This document shows, piece by piece, positions 35,726 through 44,524 of a stretch of DNA of 64,000 nucleotides. The notes beneath the pieces were generated by a model that worked only from the letters and a program-made list of their open reading frames with translations, was not told the DNA's origin and searched no databases. This DNA comes from an uncultured Terracidiphilus sp. (lineage in GTDB: Bacteria > Acidobacteriota > Terriglobia > Terriglobales > Acidobacteriaceae). The position numbers and the translations under genes were made by a program. The stretch is from contig CAYOYX010000006.1 in NCBI GenBank assembly GCA_964408275.1, positions 7,307 to 71,306 on the forward strand. Reading direction: 5' to 3'. How positions within the stretch are numbered: position 1 is the stretch's first letter; every line of letters begins with the position of its first letter.

Positions 35726-37033
35726 TTATGCGCTCTCTTCAAGCGGCGGGGCGAAGCGCGCGCCCGCGCGGAGGATGATGCAGGAGACGACCATCATGAC
35801 GAGCGTGGCTCCGAGGCCGATGCGCAGGCTGCGAGTGCGGTCGGAGAGATAGCCGATGATCTGCGGCGAGAAGGTGTCTCCGAAGCAGTGAATGCAGAAG
35901 AGATTGACGGAGACGGCGGTGGCGCGAATCGGGCCGGAGACCGAGTTGACGATGGCGGTGTTGAGCGGGCCGGTGTTGAGGAAGAGGAAGAACTCGGCGG
36001 CGAAGAGTGATGGAACAGCCCACGACGCGGGGCCGAAGAAGAGCAGCAGGCCGCAGGGCAGAGTGAGCGCGACGCTCCAGAAAGAGAGCAGATAAAGCGC
36101 GCGGTGATTGGTGCGCAGCCAGCGCTGGGCAATCCAGCCACCGATGAGGGTTCCGGCGATGCCGTCGATAACCGTGGCTGCGCCGACCACCAAACTGGAG
36201 TTGGCGATGGTGAGTCCGGCATTGCGATGAAGGAATTCCGGCACCCAGTTGGAGATGCCGCCCATCGCAAAGGTGAGCGTAGCGAGGCCGAAGGTCGCGG
36301 TGAGGAACGCGGGGTTGCGGAAGAGGCCGAGGACGGTGTCGCGACTGGCGGTGGGGCGGATATGGTCGCAGGAGCCGCGCTCCGGTTCCCTGCCCCACAG
36401 ACCATAGAGCGCCGCGATGATAAAGCCGGGGACAGCGCAGACAAAGAAGGGCGCGCGCCAGCCCCAAATGGAACCGATTTGTCCTCCAGCCATGTAGCCG
36501 AGCGCCGCGCCGACGGGAATGGCCACGTAAAAGATGGAGAGGATGCGATTGCGCTCGCGCTCGGGATAGAAGTCGGCGAGCACGGCAGGCGCGAAGATGC
36601 CGAAGGTGGCCTCGCCGATGCCGACAAAGGCTTGGCGGATGTAGAAGGTCCAGTAGCCGTGAACCCAGACGGTGGCGAGCGTGGCGAGACTCCACAGAAC
36701 CGCGCCGGCAATGATGAGCGGCTTGCGCGGATAGCGGTCGCCGAGCCAGCCGGTCAGAGGCGCGGCGAACATATAGAAGATGAACAGCGCCGTGGTCAGG
36801 GCGCCCATCTGCTGATCTGTCGAGTGGAATTCGCGCTGAATCAGCGATAGCTCGCCGGGAAGAATATAACGGTCAATATAGTTGAGCAGGTTGAGGCCAA
36901 TCAGCAACACGAACGTCCCCAGAGCGGGGCTTATGCGAGGGCGCGCGGAGTGGGTGGCAGTCGGCACGTGGGATCTGATCAGGCAGAGATTGCCGGACTC
37001 CAAAGGAATATCACAACCGGCGGAGAGATGCAT
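35726..37033 (-). CDS. MFS transporter (Spinster-like subfamily)
   Basis: 12-TM profile. LNLLNYIDRYIL and GWLGDRYPRK (MFS motif A-like). Confidence 0.8.
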   Translation of the reverse strand: MHLSAGCDIPLESGNLCLIRSHVPTATHSARPRISPALGTFVLLIGLNLLNYIDRYILPGELSLIQREFHSTDQQMGALTTALFIFYMFAAPLTGWLGDRYPRKPLIIAGAVLWSLATLATVWVHGYWTFYIRQAFVGIGEATFGIFAPAVLADFYPERERNRILSIFYVAIPVGAALGYMAGGQIGSIWGWRAPFFVCAVPGFIIAALYGLWGREPERGSCDHIRPTASRDTVLGLFRNPAFLTATFGLATLTFAMGGISNWVPEFLHRNAGLTIANSSLVVGAATVIDGIAGTLIGGWIAQRWLRTNHRALYLLSFWSVALTLPCGLLLFFGPASWAVPSLFAAEFFLFLNTGPLNTAIVNSVSGPIRATAVSVNLFCIHCFGDTFSPQIIGYLSDRTRSLRIGLGATLVMMVVSCIILRAGARFAPPLEESA

Positions 37034-37171
37034 CAGGTTCGTTGGCTATCCGGCTCACCATTATTCATCCGCGGCATACGAAGTTGAGGCTGCGTTCTCA
37101 AGTGTATACTGGAGGCCGGACTACTTAGGTCCGATCTCAACGTCATTCCCTCAAGAGGTAGAATTTCAATC

Positions 37172-38563
37172 ATGCCTATCCACGAAGACCGTCTGTTTCC
37201 CTCCGAGCCAGGCACACGAAAGATAGCCAAAGCGCTCTATGCCAGCATCAAAGACCTGCCGATCATCAGCCCCCACGGACACACGCAGGCGGCGTGGTTT
37301 GCCAAGAACGAACCCTTCCCCAATCCGGCAAAGCTGCTGATCCAGCCTGATCACTACGTCTACCGGATGCTCTACAGCCAGGGAATCTCGATGGAGGAGC
37401 TGGAGATCGGCGTGGCGGAGATGAAGAACCCGCGCAAGGTCTGGAGCATCTTCGCCAGCCATTATTATTTGTTTCGCGGAACACCGTCGCGAATGTGGAT
37501 GGATTACGTCTTCCAGAATCTCTTCGGGCTAAAGCAGCGTTTTTCAGCGGAGACGGCCGACCTTTTCTTTGACACGATTGCGGAGAAGCTGAAGTCGCCG
37601 GAGTTTTTGCCGCGCGCGCTTTTTGAGCGCTTCAACATCGAAGTGCTCTCGACAACCGATTCGCCGCTGGACTCGCTGGAAGACGTACAGGCAATTCGCG
37701 CCTCTGGCTGGAAGGGACGGATTCTGCCCGCCTTCCGGCCCGATCCGGTCGTCGATCCGGAGTTTGCAGGGTTTTCACAGTCGATTCTCAAGCTGGGCGA
37801 ACAGACCGGCGAAGACACCGCAACATGGTCCGGCTATCTGAAGGCTCTGCGCAAGGCACGGCTGCGCTTCAAGGCGCTGGGCTGCACCTCGACCGATCAC
37901 GGCCATCTGACTGCGGAGACCGCCGACCTGCCGTTGGCCGAAGCCGAGGCGCTCTTCAACAAAGTCTTCAGCGGCAAGGCCGAGAAGCGCGAGATGGTTC
38001 TCTTCCAGGCGCAGATGCTCACCGAGATGGCCGCGATGAGCCTGGAAGACGGCCTGACGATGCAGATTCATCCAGGAAGCGTGCGCAACCACAATCGCCT
38101 ACTGTATGAAAAATATGGCCGCGATGTGGGCGCCGATATTCCGCAGCCGACCAACTATGTGAATGCGCTGCGCCCACTGCTCAACCGCTTCGGCAATGAA
38201 AGCAAGCTGACGATCATTCTGTTTACGCTCGATGAATCCACTTATAGCCGCGAGCTGGCGCCGCTGGCCGGCCACTACCCCTGCCTGCGCCTCGGACCCT
38301 CGTGGTGGTTCCATGACAGCCCAGAAGGCATGATGCGCTTCCGCGAACAGGCTACCGAGACGGCGGGGTTCTATAATACGGTAGGCTTCAACGACGACAC
38401 CCGGGCTTTCCTATCCATTCCGGCGCGTCACGACGTGGCTCGCCGCGTGGACAGCTCCTTCCTGGCCAGACTCGTCACCGAGCACCGGCTGGACGAGGAC
38501 GAAGCCTTTGAAGTTGCGCGCGAGCTGACTTATGGGCTGGTCAAGAAGGCATACCGACTTTGA
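37172..38563 (+). CDS. uxaC: glucuronate isomerase
   Basis: UxaC-like throughout (LPIISPHGH, FRGTPS..W, HPGSVRNHN). 463 aa. Confidence 0.92.
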   Translation: MPIHEDRLFPSEPGTRKIAKALYASIKDLPIISPHGHTQAAWFAKNEPFPNPAKLLIQPDHYVYRMLYSQGISMEELEIGVAEMKNPRKVWSIFASHYYLFRGTPSRMWMDYVFQNLFGLKQRFSAETADLFFDTIAEKLKSPEFLPRALFERFNIEVLSTTDSPLDSLEDVQAIRASGWKGRILPAFRPDPVVDPEFAGFSQSILKLGEQTGEDTATWSGYLKALRKARLRFKALGCTSTDHGHLTAETADLPLAEAEALFNKVFSGKAEKREMVLFQAQMLTEMAAMSLEDGLTMQIHPGSVRNHNRLLYEKYGRDVGADIPQPTNYVNALRPLLNRFGNESKLTIILFTLDESTYSRELAPLAGHYPCLRLGPSWWFHDSPEGMMRFREQATETAGFYNTVGFNDDTRAFLSIPARHDVARRVDSSFLARLVTEHRLDEDEAFEVARELTYGLVKKAYRL

Positions 38564-38575
38564 GGAGAGCAGTGT

Positions 38576-39886
38576 ATGAGTGTTGATCTCTCGCAGGACG
38601 TCCAGGCCGAGAATATCTCTTCGCCAAAGGAACGAATCGGCCGTGTGCGCTGGACTATCTGCGCCATGCTCTTCGCTGCCTTCACCATCAACTATATGGA
38701 TCGCTCGATTCTCTCGCTCCTCAAACCCACCCTTGCGCAATCCATCGGCCTGACCGAGGTGGGCTACAGCTATGTGGTGGATGCGTTCTTTGTCGCCTAC
38801 ACGATCGGCCTGCTGTTCTCCGGGCGGATTATTGACAAGGTAGGCACACGAGTCGGTTTCCTGGGGATGATGGGCTTCCGCACCGTGGCGGTGCTGGGCC
38901 ATTGTCTGGTTAATACCGTCATGCAGTTCGGCGTCGCGCGCTTCGCTCTGGGCTTGGGCGAATCGGGCAGCTTTCCCGCGGCCATCAAAGCCGTCGCGGA
39001 GTGGTTCCCGCAGAAAGAACGCGCGCTGGCCACCGGCATCTTCAACGCCGGAACCAATGTCGGCGCAGTCTTAGCTGCGCTGACCGTGCCCTGGGTGGTC
39101 ATCCACTTTGGATGGCACGCTACCTTTCTACTCACGGGCGCCCTCAGCTCTACATGGATATTGATGTGGTACATCTTGTACCGAAAGCCCAGTGAATATC
39201 CCTCGCTCACCGCCAAGGAACTGCGTTACATCAGCGATGGAATGGCGGCAACCACGACGGAGCCATCCCTCCCCTGGATCAAATTGCTCGGCTATCGTCA
39301 GACCTGGGCGTATACGGTCGGCAAGTCCCTCACCGATCCGGTCTGGTGGTTCTTGCTCTTCTATATACCGTCTTTCTTTAGCGATAAATTCCATCTGAAC
39401 ATTTTTCATCTTGGACTTCCGATGATTGTCTGCTATAGCGCCTCGGCCGTCGGCAGCGTCTTCGGCGGCTGGTTGTCCGAGCCATTTCTAAGCATGGGCA
39501 TGAAGCCCAGCAACGCGCGCCTTGCGGCCATGCTTGTCTGCGCTATTCTCGTGCTTCCCATTTGCACCGTGGCCTTTGTCAACTCGGAGTGGGTGGCCAT
39601 TGGGATCTTCAGCCTGGTGACAGCGGCGCACCAGGGGTGGTCGGCTAATCTCTTCACCACCACCTCGGATATGTTTCCAAAAAGTCATGTGGGGTCTGTC
39701 ACTAGTATCGGCAGCATGGCCGGTTCAGCTCTCGGCGTCTCGCTGATCACCTTTGCGGGCTACCGCCTGGGACATTCGCACAGCTATGTGCAGCTCTTTT
39801 TCATTTGCGGCAGCGTCTATCTTCTGGCCCTGCTCATCATGGTCCTGCTTGCTCCGGGGCTGAAGAAAGTTGAGTTCGCCGCATGA
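38576..39886 (+). CDS. MFS hexuronate transporter (ExuT-like)
   Basis: ACS-family MFS features (INYMDRSILS, GR.IDK.G). Lies 12 nt after uxaC. Confidence 0.8.
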   Translation: MSVDLSQDVQAENISSPKERIGRVRWTICAMLFAAFTINYMDRSILSLLKPTLAQSIGLTEVGYSYVVDAFFVAYTIGLLFSGRIIDKVGTRVGFLGMMGFRTVAVLGHCLVNTVMQFGVARFALGLGESGSFPAAIKAVAEWFPQKERALATGIFNAGTNVGAVLAALTVPWVVIHFGWHATFLLTGALSSTWILMWYILYRKPSEYPSLTAKELRYISDGMAATTTEPSLPWIKLLGYRQTWAYTVGKSLTDPVWWFLLFYIPSFFSDKFHLNIFHLGLPMIVCYSASAVGSVFGGWLSEPFLSMGMKPSNARLAAMLVCAILVLPICTVAFVNSEWVAIGIFSLVTAAHQGWSANLFTTTSDMFPKSHVGSVTSIGSMAGSALGVSLITFAGYRLGHSHSYVQLFFICGSVYLLALLIMVLLAPGLKKVEFAA

Positions 39887-41151
39887 GTCTTTACTGCGCA
39901 GTAGGAAATCCCGATACCGATCTGACGCCTCAGCAGTTGAACGATCTGCTGGTGGAGGGTTTGGCCAAGCTCGGCCCGCGCAAGAACGTGCTGGCTGTGC
40001 CGCCTGATCAGACTCGTGCTCACTCGCGTGCCGGCGAACTGACGCGCTACGCGTGGAAGCACTATGGCGACCGGCTCAAAGCGGTTCTGCCCGCGCTGGG
40101 AACCCATGTGGCGATGAATCCAGAGCGGGTCGCCGCCATGTTCGGCGAGATGCCCTTCGATCTCTTCAAGGTGCATAACTGGCGCACCGACATCGAGACA
40201 ATGGGCGAGGTTCCCGCCGAGTTCATTCGCGAGCAATCGGAAGGCAAGCTGGATTATGCATATCCGGCGCAGGTCAACAAGCTGGTCTCGCGCGGCGGCT
40301 TCGATCTGATTCTCTCCATCGGCCAGGTCGTGCCTCATGAAGTGATCGGCATGGCCAACTACAACAAGAACATTCTGGTCGGCACCGGAGGCCGCGACGG
40401 CATCAATCGCAGCCATTATCTCGGCGCTGTCTACGGAATGGAGCGCATTCTTGGTCGCGCCGTTAATCCTGTGCGCAACGTACTGAACTACGCCGCCGAT
40501 CACTTCCTCAAGCATCTGCCCATCGTCTATGTACAGACGGTGGTGAGCCGCAGAGCCGACGGCACTCTGGCCGTGCGCGGACTTTTTATCGGCGATGATA
40601 TGGAGTGCTTCACCAAGGCCGCCGAACTCAGCCTCAAGGTCAACTTCGAGATTGTCGCCAATCCGATCAAGAAGGCTGTCGTCTATCTCGATCCCGAAGA
40701 GTTTCACTCCACTTGGCTGGGCAACAAAGCCGTCTATCGCACCCGCATGGCTCTGGCCGACAATGCGGAGCTGATCGTGCTGGCTCCGGCGGTAAAGGAA
40801 TTCGGTGAAGACAAAACCATCGACACGCTGATTCGTAAGTATGGCTATCGCGGCACCCCGGCAACGCTCAAGGCTGTCGCGGAAAATCCCGAGTTGGCCA
40901 ACGATCTGAGCGCCGCCGCGCACCTGATTCACGGCTCATCGGAAGGGCGCTTCAAGATTACCTGGTGCCCCGGCCACCTGACGAAAGAAGAGGTCGAGGG
41001 CGTCGGCTTCGGCTTCGGCGATTTGACCGCGATGCAGAAGCGCTACGATCCCGCGAAGCTTTCGCTGGGCATTAACAAGGTTAATGGCGAAGAGATCTTC
41101 TTCATCTCCAATCCCGGATTAGGGCTGTGGGCGCATCGCAGCCGGCTCTAG
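39883..41151 (+). CDS. LarA (nickel-pincer lactate racemase) superfamily 2-hydroxyacid racemase/epimerase-like protein
   Basis: 422 aa. Motifs PDQTR, LGTH, PHEVIGMANYNK, NRSH match, in order and spacing, my recollection of LarA SDHTR, TGFH, SHFFAGFSGGRK, MANH (His-10-Lys-16-His). ATGA overlap with the exuT-like gene. Confidence 0.7.
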   Translation: MSLYCAVGNPDTDLTPQQLNDLLVEGLAKLGPRKNVLAVPPDQTRAHSRAGELTRYAWKHYGDRLKAVLPALGTHVAMNPERVAAMFGEMPFDLFKVHNWRTDIETMGEVPAEFIREQSEGKLDYAYPAQVNKLVSRGGFDLILSIGQVVPHEVIGMANYNKNILVGTGGRDGINRSHYLGAVYGMERILGRAVNPVRNVLNYAADHFLKHLPIVYVQTVVSRRADGTLAVRGLFIGDDMECFTKAAELSLKVNFEIVANPIKKAVVYLDPEEFHSTWLGNKAVYRTRMALADNAELIVLAPAVKEFGEDKTIDTLIRKYGYRGTPATLKAVAENPELANDLSAAAHLIHGSSEGRFKITWCPGHLTKEEVEGVGFGFGDLTAMQKRYDPAKLSLGINKVNGEEIFFISNPGLGLWAHRSRL

Positions 41152-41176
41152 AATCACAAACAACAGGAGAGAAATT

Positions 41177-42433
41177 TTGAAACTTCCCAAGTATTCCGTA
41201 GGAACCGGCGACCGCTTCGCGCATCAGGCCAAGGCACAGTTGCAGGCCTGCATCCAGGCTCTCGCGAGCGGCGTTGAAGTGATTCCCGTGTGGAACAAAT
41301 CGAACCGCGAACATACCATCATCGGCTCCGAGCCGGCCACAACGCGCGCCGCCGCCGATGCCGCCGTCAAGGCGCTCAACTGGAAGCTGCCCTACTATTG
41401 CGACGCCGACCACATCACATTGCAGACGCTGAACCGCTTCCTCGGCGCCTGCGATTTTTACACGCACGATGTGGCCGACTTTATCGGCCAGCCGGCGCCC
41501 GCCGCCGAGATCGATCACTTTGTCGGCAAGCACAAGGAACTGATCGGGCGCATCCAGCTTGAAGGCGTCAGCGACAGCTTCGAGATTACGCCGGAGATTC
41601 TGCGCCAGACCGCGCAGAAGTATCTCACCGCCGTGAAGAAGGCCGGCGAAATTTACCGCGCCATCGTCGCCGTCAAAGGCGCAGGCAACTTCATTCCTGA
41701 AGTTTCGATGGACGAGACCGACAGCGCGCAATCGCCCGTCGAGCTGCTCATCATTCTCGCCGCTATTGCCGATGAAGGCATTCCCGTGCAGACGATTGCG
41801 CCCAAATTCAGCGGCCGCTTCAACAAGGGCGTGGACTATGTGGGCGACTTGGCGCAGTTCGAGCGCGAGTTCGTTCTTGACGTTGCGGCGATTGCTTATG
41901 CGGTCAATCACTTTGGCCTGCCGGAAAATCTCAAGCTGAGCGTACACTCAGGCTCGGACAAATTCTCCATCTATCCTGTGATTCACTCGACGATCAAGCG
42001 CTTCAACGCAGGCTTGCATCTGAAGACCGCTGGAACCACGTGGCTGGAGGAACTGATCGGATTGGCCGAGGCCGGCGGAGATGCGCTCGCGCTGGCTCAG
42101 GAGATTTATGCCGAGGCCTTTGCGCACAGCGAAGAATTATGCGCGCCCTACGCCACGGTCATTGACATCGACCGCAGCAAGCTGCCCTCGCCCGCCGAAG
42201 TGAAAACATGGAATTCAGCGCAGTTTACCTCCGCGCTGCGCCATGTGCGTGGAGCCGCTGCATACAACAGCAGCCTGCGCCAGTTGCTGCACGTCGGCTT
42301 CAAGGTTGCTGCCAAGATGGGCGACCGCTATCTCGGCCTGCTCGAAGCCAATGAAGCTGTGATTGCGAAAAATGTGACGGAGAATCTCTATAACCGGCAC
42401 ATCGCGCCCGTCTTTCTGGGACGCAATGCCTGA
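41177..42433 (+). CDS. uxaE: tagaturonate/fructuronate epimerase
   Basis: KGVDYVGDLAQFEREF, SVHSGSDKFSIYP and HLKTAGTTWLEE closely match remembered Thermotoga UxaE blocks. TTG start with an AGGAGAG RBS. Confidence 0.8.
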   Translation: MKLPKYSVGTGDRFAHQAKAQLQACIQALASGVEVIPVWNKSNREHTIIGSEPATTRAAADAAVKALNWKLPYYCDADHITLQTLNRFLGACDFYTHDVADFIGQPAPAAEIDHFVGKHKELIGRIQLEGVSDSFEITPEILRQTAQKYLTAVKKAGEIYRAIVAVKGAGNFIPEVSMDETDSAQSPVELLIILAAIADEGIPVQTIAPKFSGRFNKGVDYVGDLAQFEREFVLDVAAIAYAVNHFGLPENLKLSVHSGSDKFSIYPVIHSTIKRFNAGLHLKTAGTTWLEELIGLAEAGGDALALAQEIYAEAFAHSEELCAPYATVIDIDRSKLPSPAEVKTWNSAQFTSALRHVRGAAAYNSSLRQLLHVGFKVAAKMGDRYLGLLEANEAVIAKNVTENLYNRHIAPVFLGRNA

Positions 42434-42480
42434 TTTTTTTGTAAATTCAAAATTTTGCGAAGAACAACAAGGAGTGAGTC

Positions 42481-43563
42481 ATGAGTCATGGATTGAATAT
42501 CCGCAAAGATGCGGAACTGGATTTTCTGTCGCTGGGAGCGTTGGTGCATCGGCTTGATCCGGGAATTATTCCCTTCCGCAAAGCGACCGAGTGCAAGATT
42601 CACGTCAGCGGCGGCGAGTTCAATGTGGCCGCCAACCTGTCCGATTGCTTTGGCATGAAGACGGCAATCGCCAGCGCGATGTCGGAGTATCCCATTGGCG
42701 ATCTGATCGCCGAGCGCGTACGCGCGATGGGCGTGAAGCCTTACTACAAGCGCTTCAAGCACAACGGCGTGAACGGCCCCAACATGGCCACCGTCTACAG
42801 CGATCAGGGCCACGGTGTGCGCCCGCCGGTGGTTTTTTATAACCGCAGCAACGAAGCTGCCGCTCAACTGAAACCCGGCGACTTCGATTGGAAGGCGATC
42901 TTCTCGGGTGGCGTGAAGTGGGTTCATTCCGGCGGAATCTTCGCGGCGCTCTCGCCGACGACCGCTCCACTGGCTGCAGAGATGATGAAGGAAGCCAAGG
43001 CCGCGGGCGCAGTCACTTCCTTCGATCTGAACTTCCGCGAGAAGCTGTGGAATATCCACGGCGGCGCGGAGAAGGCCGTCGAAACCATCAGCAAGATCGT
43101 CGAGAATGTGGACGTGCTGGTCGGCAACGAAGAGGATTTGCAAAAGGGTCTCGGCATTCCTGGGCCGGAGGTTGCGGCTAAATCGAAGCTCGATCCCAGC
43201 GTCTTTTTTGGCATGATCGATCAAGTGATCAAGAAGCACCCCAAGGTGAAGGTGGTAGCCACTACGCTGCGCGAGGTGCATTCGACCAATCACCATAGCT
43301 GGAGCGCTGTTGCGTGGGTGGACGGCAAAACGCACACTGCGCCGACGGCCGAGCTCGATGTGATCGATCGCGTGGGCGGCGGCGACGGCTTTGCGGCTGG
43401 CTTCATCTATGGCCTGCTGAACGGCGAATCGCCCGAGGAAGCGATCAAGCTGGGATGGGCGCACGGCGCGCTGCTGACCACCTTCCCCGGCGACACCACG
43501 ATGGCGACCGTCGATCAGGTACGCGCATTCGCCAAGGGCGGATCGGCTCGCATTCAGCGCTAA
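42481..43563 (+). CDS. kdgK: PfkB-family sugar kinase, 2-dehydro-3-deoxygluconokinase-like
   Basis: PfkB motifs (GGEFNVAANL, DRVGGGDGFAAG). Hexuronate operon context. Confidence 0.8.
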   Translation: MSHGLNIRKDAELDFLSLGALVHRLDPGIIPFRKATECKIHVSGGEFNVAANLSDCFGMKTAIASAMSEYPIGDLIAERVRAMGVKPYYKRFKHNGVNGPNMATVYSDQGHGVRPPVVFYNRSNEAAAQLKPGDFDWKAIFSGGVKWVHSGGIFAALSPTTAPLAAEMMKEAKAAGAVTSFDLNFREKLWNIHGGAEKAVETISKIVENVDVLVGNEEDLQKGLGIPGPEVAAKSKLDPSVFFGMIDQVIKKHPKVKVVATTLREVHSTNHHSWSAVAWVDGKTHTAPTAELDVIDRVGGGDGFAAGFIYGLLNGESPEEAIKLGWAHGALLTTFPGDTTMATVDQVRAFAKGGSARIQR

Positions 43564-43604
43564 CTGGAATTATTCACGGAGTTATCACTGGAACAGGAGA
43601 AGCT

Positions 43605-44453
43605 ATGAGCAGTGAGTCATTCGATCTTGCGGAACTAACGACAATGTACAACTTCAAGGGGAAGACGGTGGCCATCACCGGCGGCGCGGGCGTGTTGGGC
43701 GGCGATATGGCTGTCGCGCTGGCCGGTTGCGGCGCGCAGGTTGCCATCCTCGACATGAACGAAGATGCGGGCAAGGCGCTGATCGAGCGCATGGGAGTGC
43801 TTGGCAAGCAGGTCTCCTTCTTCAAGTTCAACGCGCTTGATCGCGAGAGCGTTGCGCAGGTATCGCAGGAGTTGATCAAGAGCCTGGGCAAGCTCGATTG
43901 CCTGATCAACGCCGCTGGCGGCAACAAGCCGCAGGCCACGACCAGCGCGGAGTTGAAGTTCTTCGATCTGCCCACCGATGCCTTGCGCTGGGTCTTCGAC
44001 CTGAATGTTCTGGGCACGATTCTGCCCTGTCAGGCCTTTGGAAAAGTGATGGCGGAGCAGGGGTACGGCACGATTCTGAATATCTCTTCGATGAATGCAT
44101 TTCGTCCGCTGACCCGCATTCCCGCTTATTCGGCGGCGAAGGCGGCGGTGAGCAACTTCACGCAGTGGCTGGCCGTGCACATGGCGCAGGAGTACTCGCC
44201 GAAGATTCGCGTGAATGCGATTGCGCCGGGATTTTTCCTTACCAATCAAAACCGCTTTTTGTTGACCGACAAAGATACAGGCGAATGGACCGCGCGCGGC
44301 AAGACAATCGTCGGTCACACGCCGATGGGACGCCTGGGAGAATCCAAAGATCTCTTTGGATGTGTATTGTGGCTGCTCTCTCCGGCTTCGGAGTTTGTTA
44401 CCGGCGTGGTAATTCCTGTCGATGGCGGATTCTCCGCCTTCAGCGGCGTGTAG
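43605..44453 (+). CDS. SDR-family oxidoreductase, D-mannonate oxidoreductase (fructuronate reductase)-like
   Basis: TGGAGVLGG cofactor motif and YSAAK catalytic motif. GGAGA RBS before ATG 43605. Last gene of the operon. Confidence 0.75.
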   Translation: MSSESFDLAELTTMYNFKGKTVAITGGAGVLGGDMAVALAGCGAQVAILDMNEDAGKALIERMGVLGKQVSFFKFNALDRESVAQVSQELIKSLGKLDCLINAAGGNKPQATTSAELKFFDLPTDALRWVFDLNVLGTILPCQAFGKVMAEQGYGTILNISSMNAFRPLTRIPAYSAAKAAVSNFTQWLAVHMAQEYSPKIRVNAIAPGFFLTNQNRFLLTDKDTGEWTARGKTIVGHTPMGRLGESKDLFGCVLWLLSPASEFVTGVVIPVDGGFSAFSGV

Positions 44454-44478
44454 GCATTTGAAACTCAACCAACAGAAG

Positions 44479-44508
44479 AGGCTGCGTCGAAAGGCGCAGC
44501 CTTTTTTA
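44479..44508 (+). terminator. intrinsic terminator after the hexuronate operon
   Basis: Perfect 8-bp stem aggctgcg / cgcagcct with an 8-nt loop, followed by tttttt. Confidence 0.8.
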
Positions 44509-44524
44509 TTAGTTGCTCTCACAA

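Noticed and set aside
35739-36711. Two ~310-aa minus-strand ORFs in alternative frames of the MFS gene 35726..37033
   Set aside because: They are on the same strand but out of frame. Only the 435-aa frame gives a 12-TM hydrophobic profile; the others are Arg/Pro/Ser-rich.
39817-44522. Series of long minus-strand ORFs (39817..40932, 41102..41947, 42388..43464, 43635..44522) opposite the hexuronate operon
   Set aside because: Each lies antisense to a plus-strand gene with strong family motifs (LarA-like, UxaE, PfkB, SDR). None has recognisable motifs, and together they would leave no room for the real operon.
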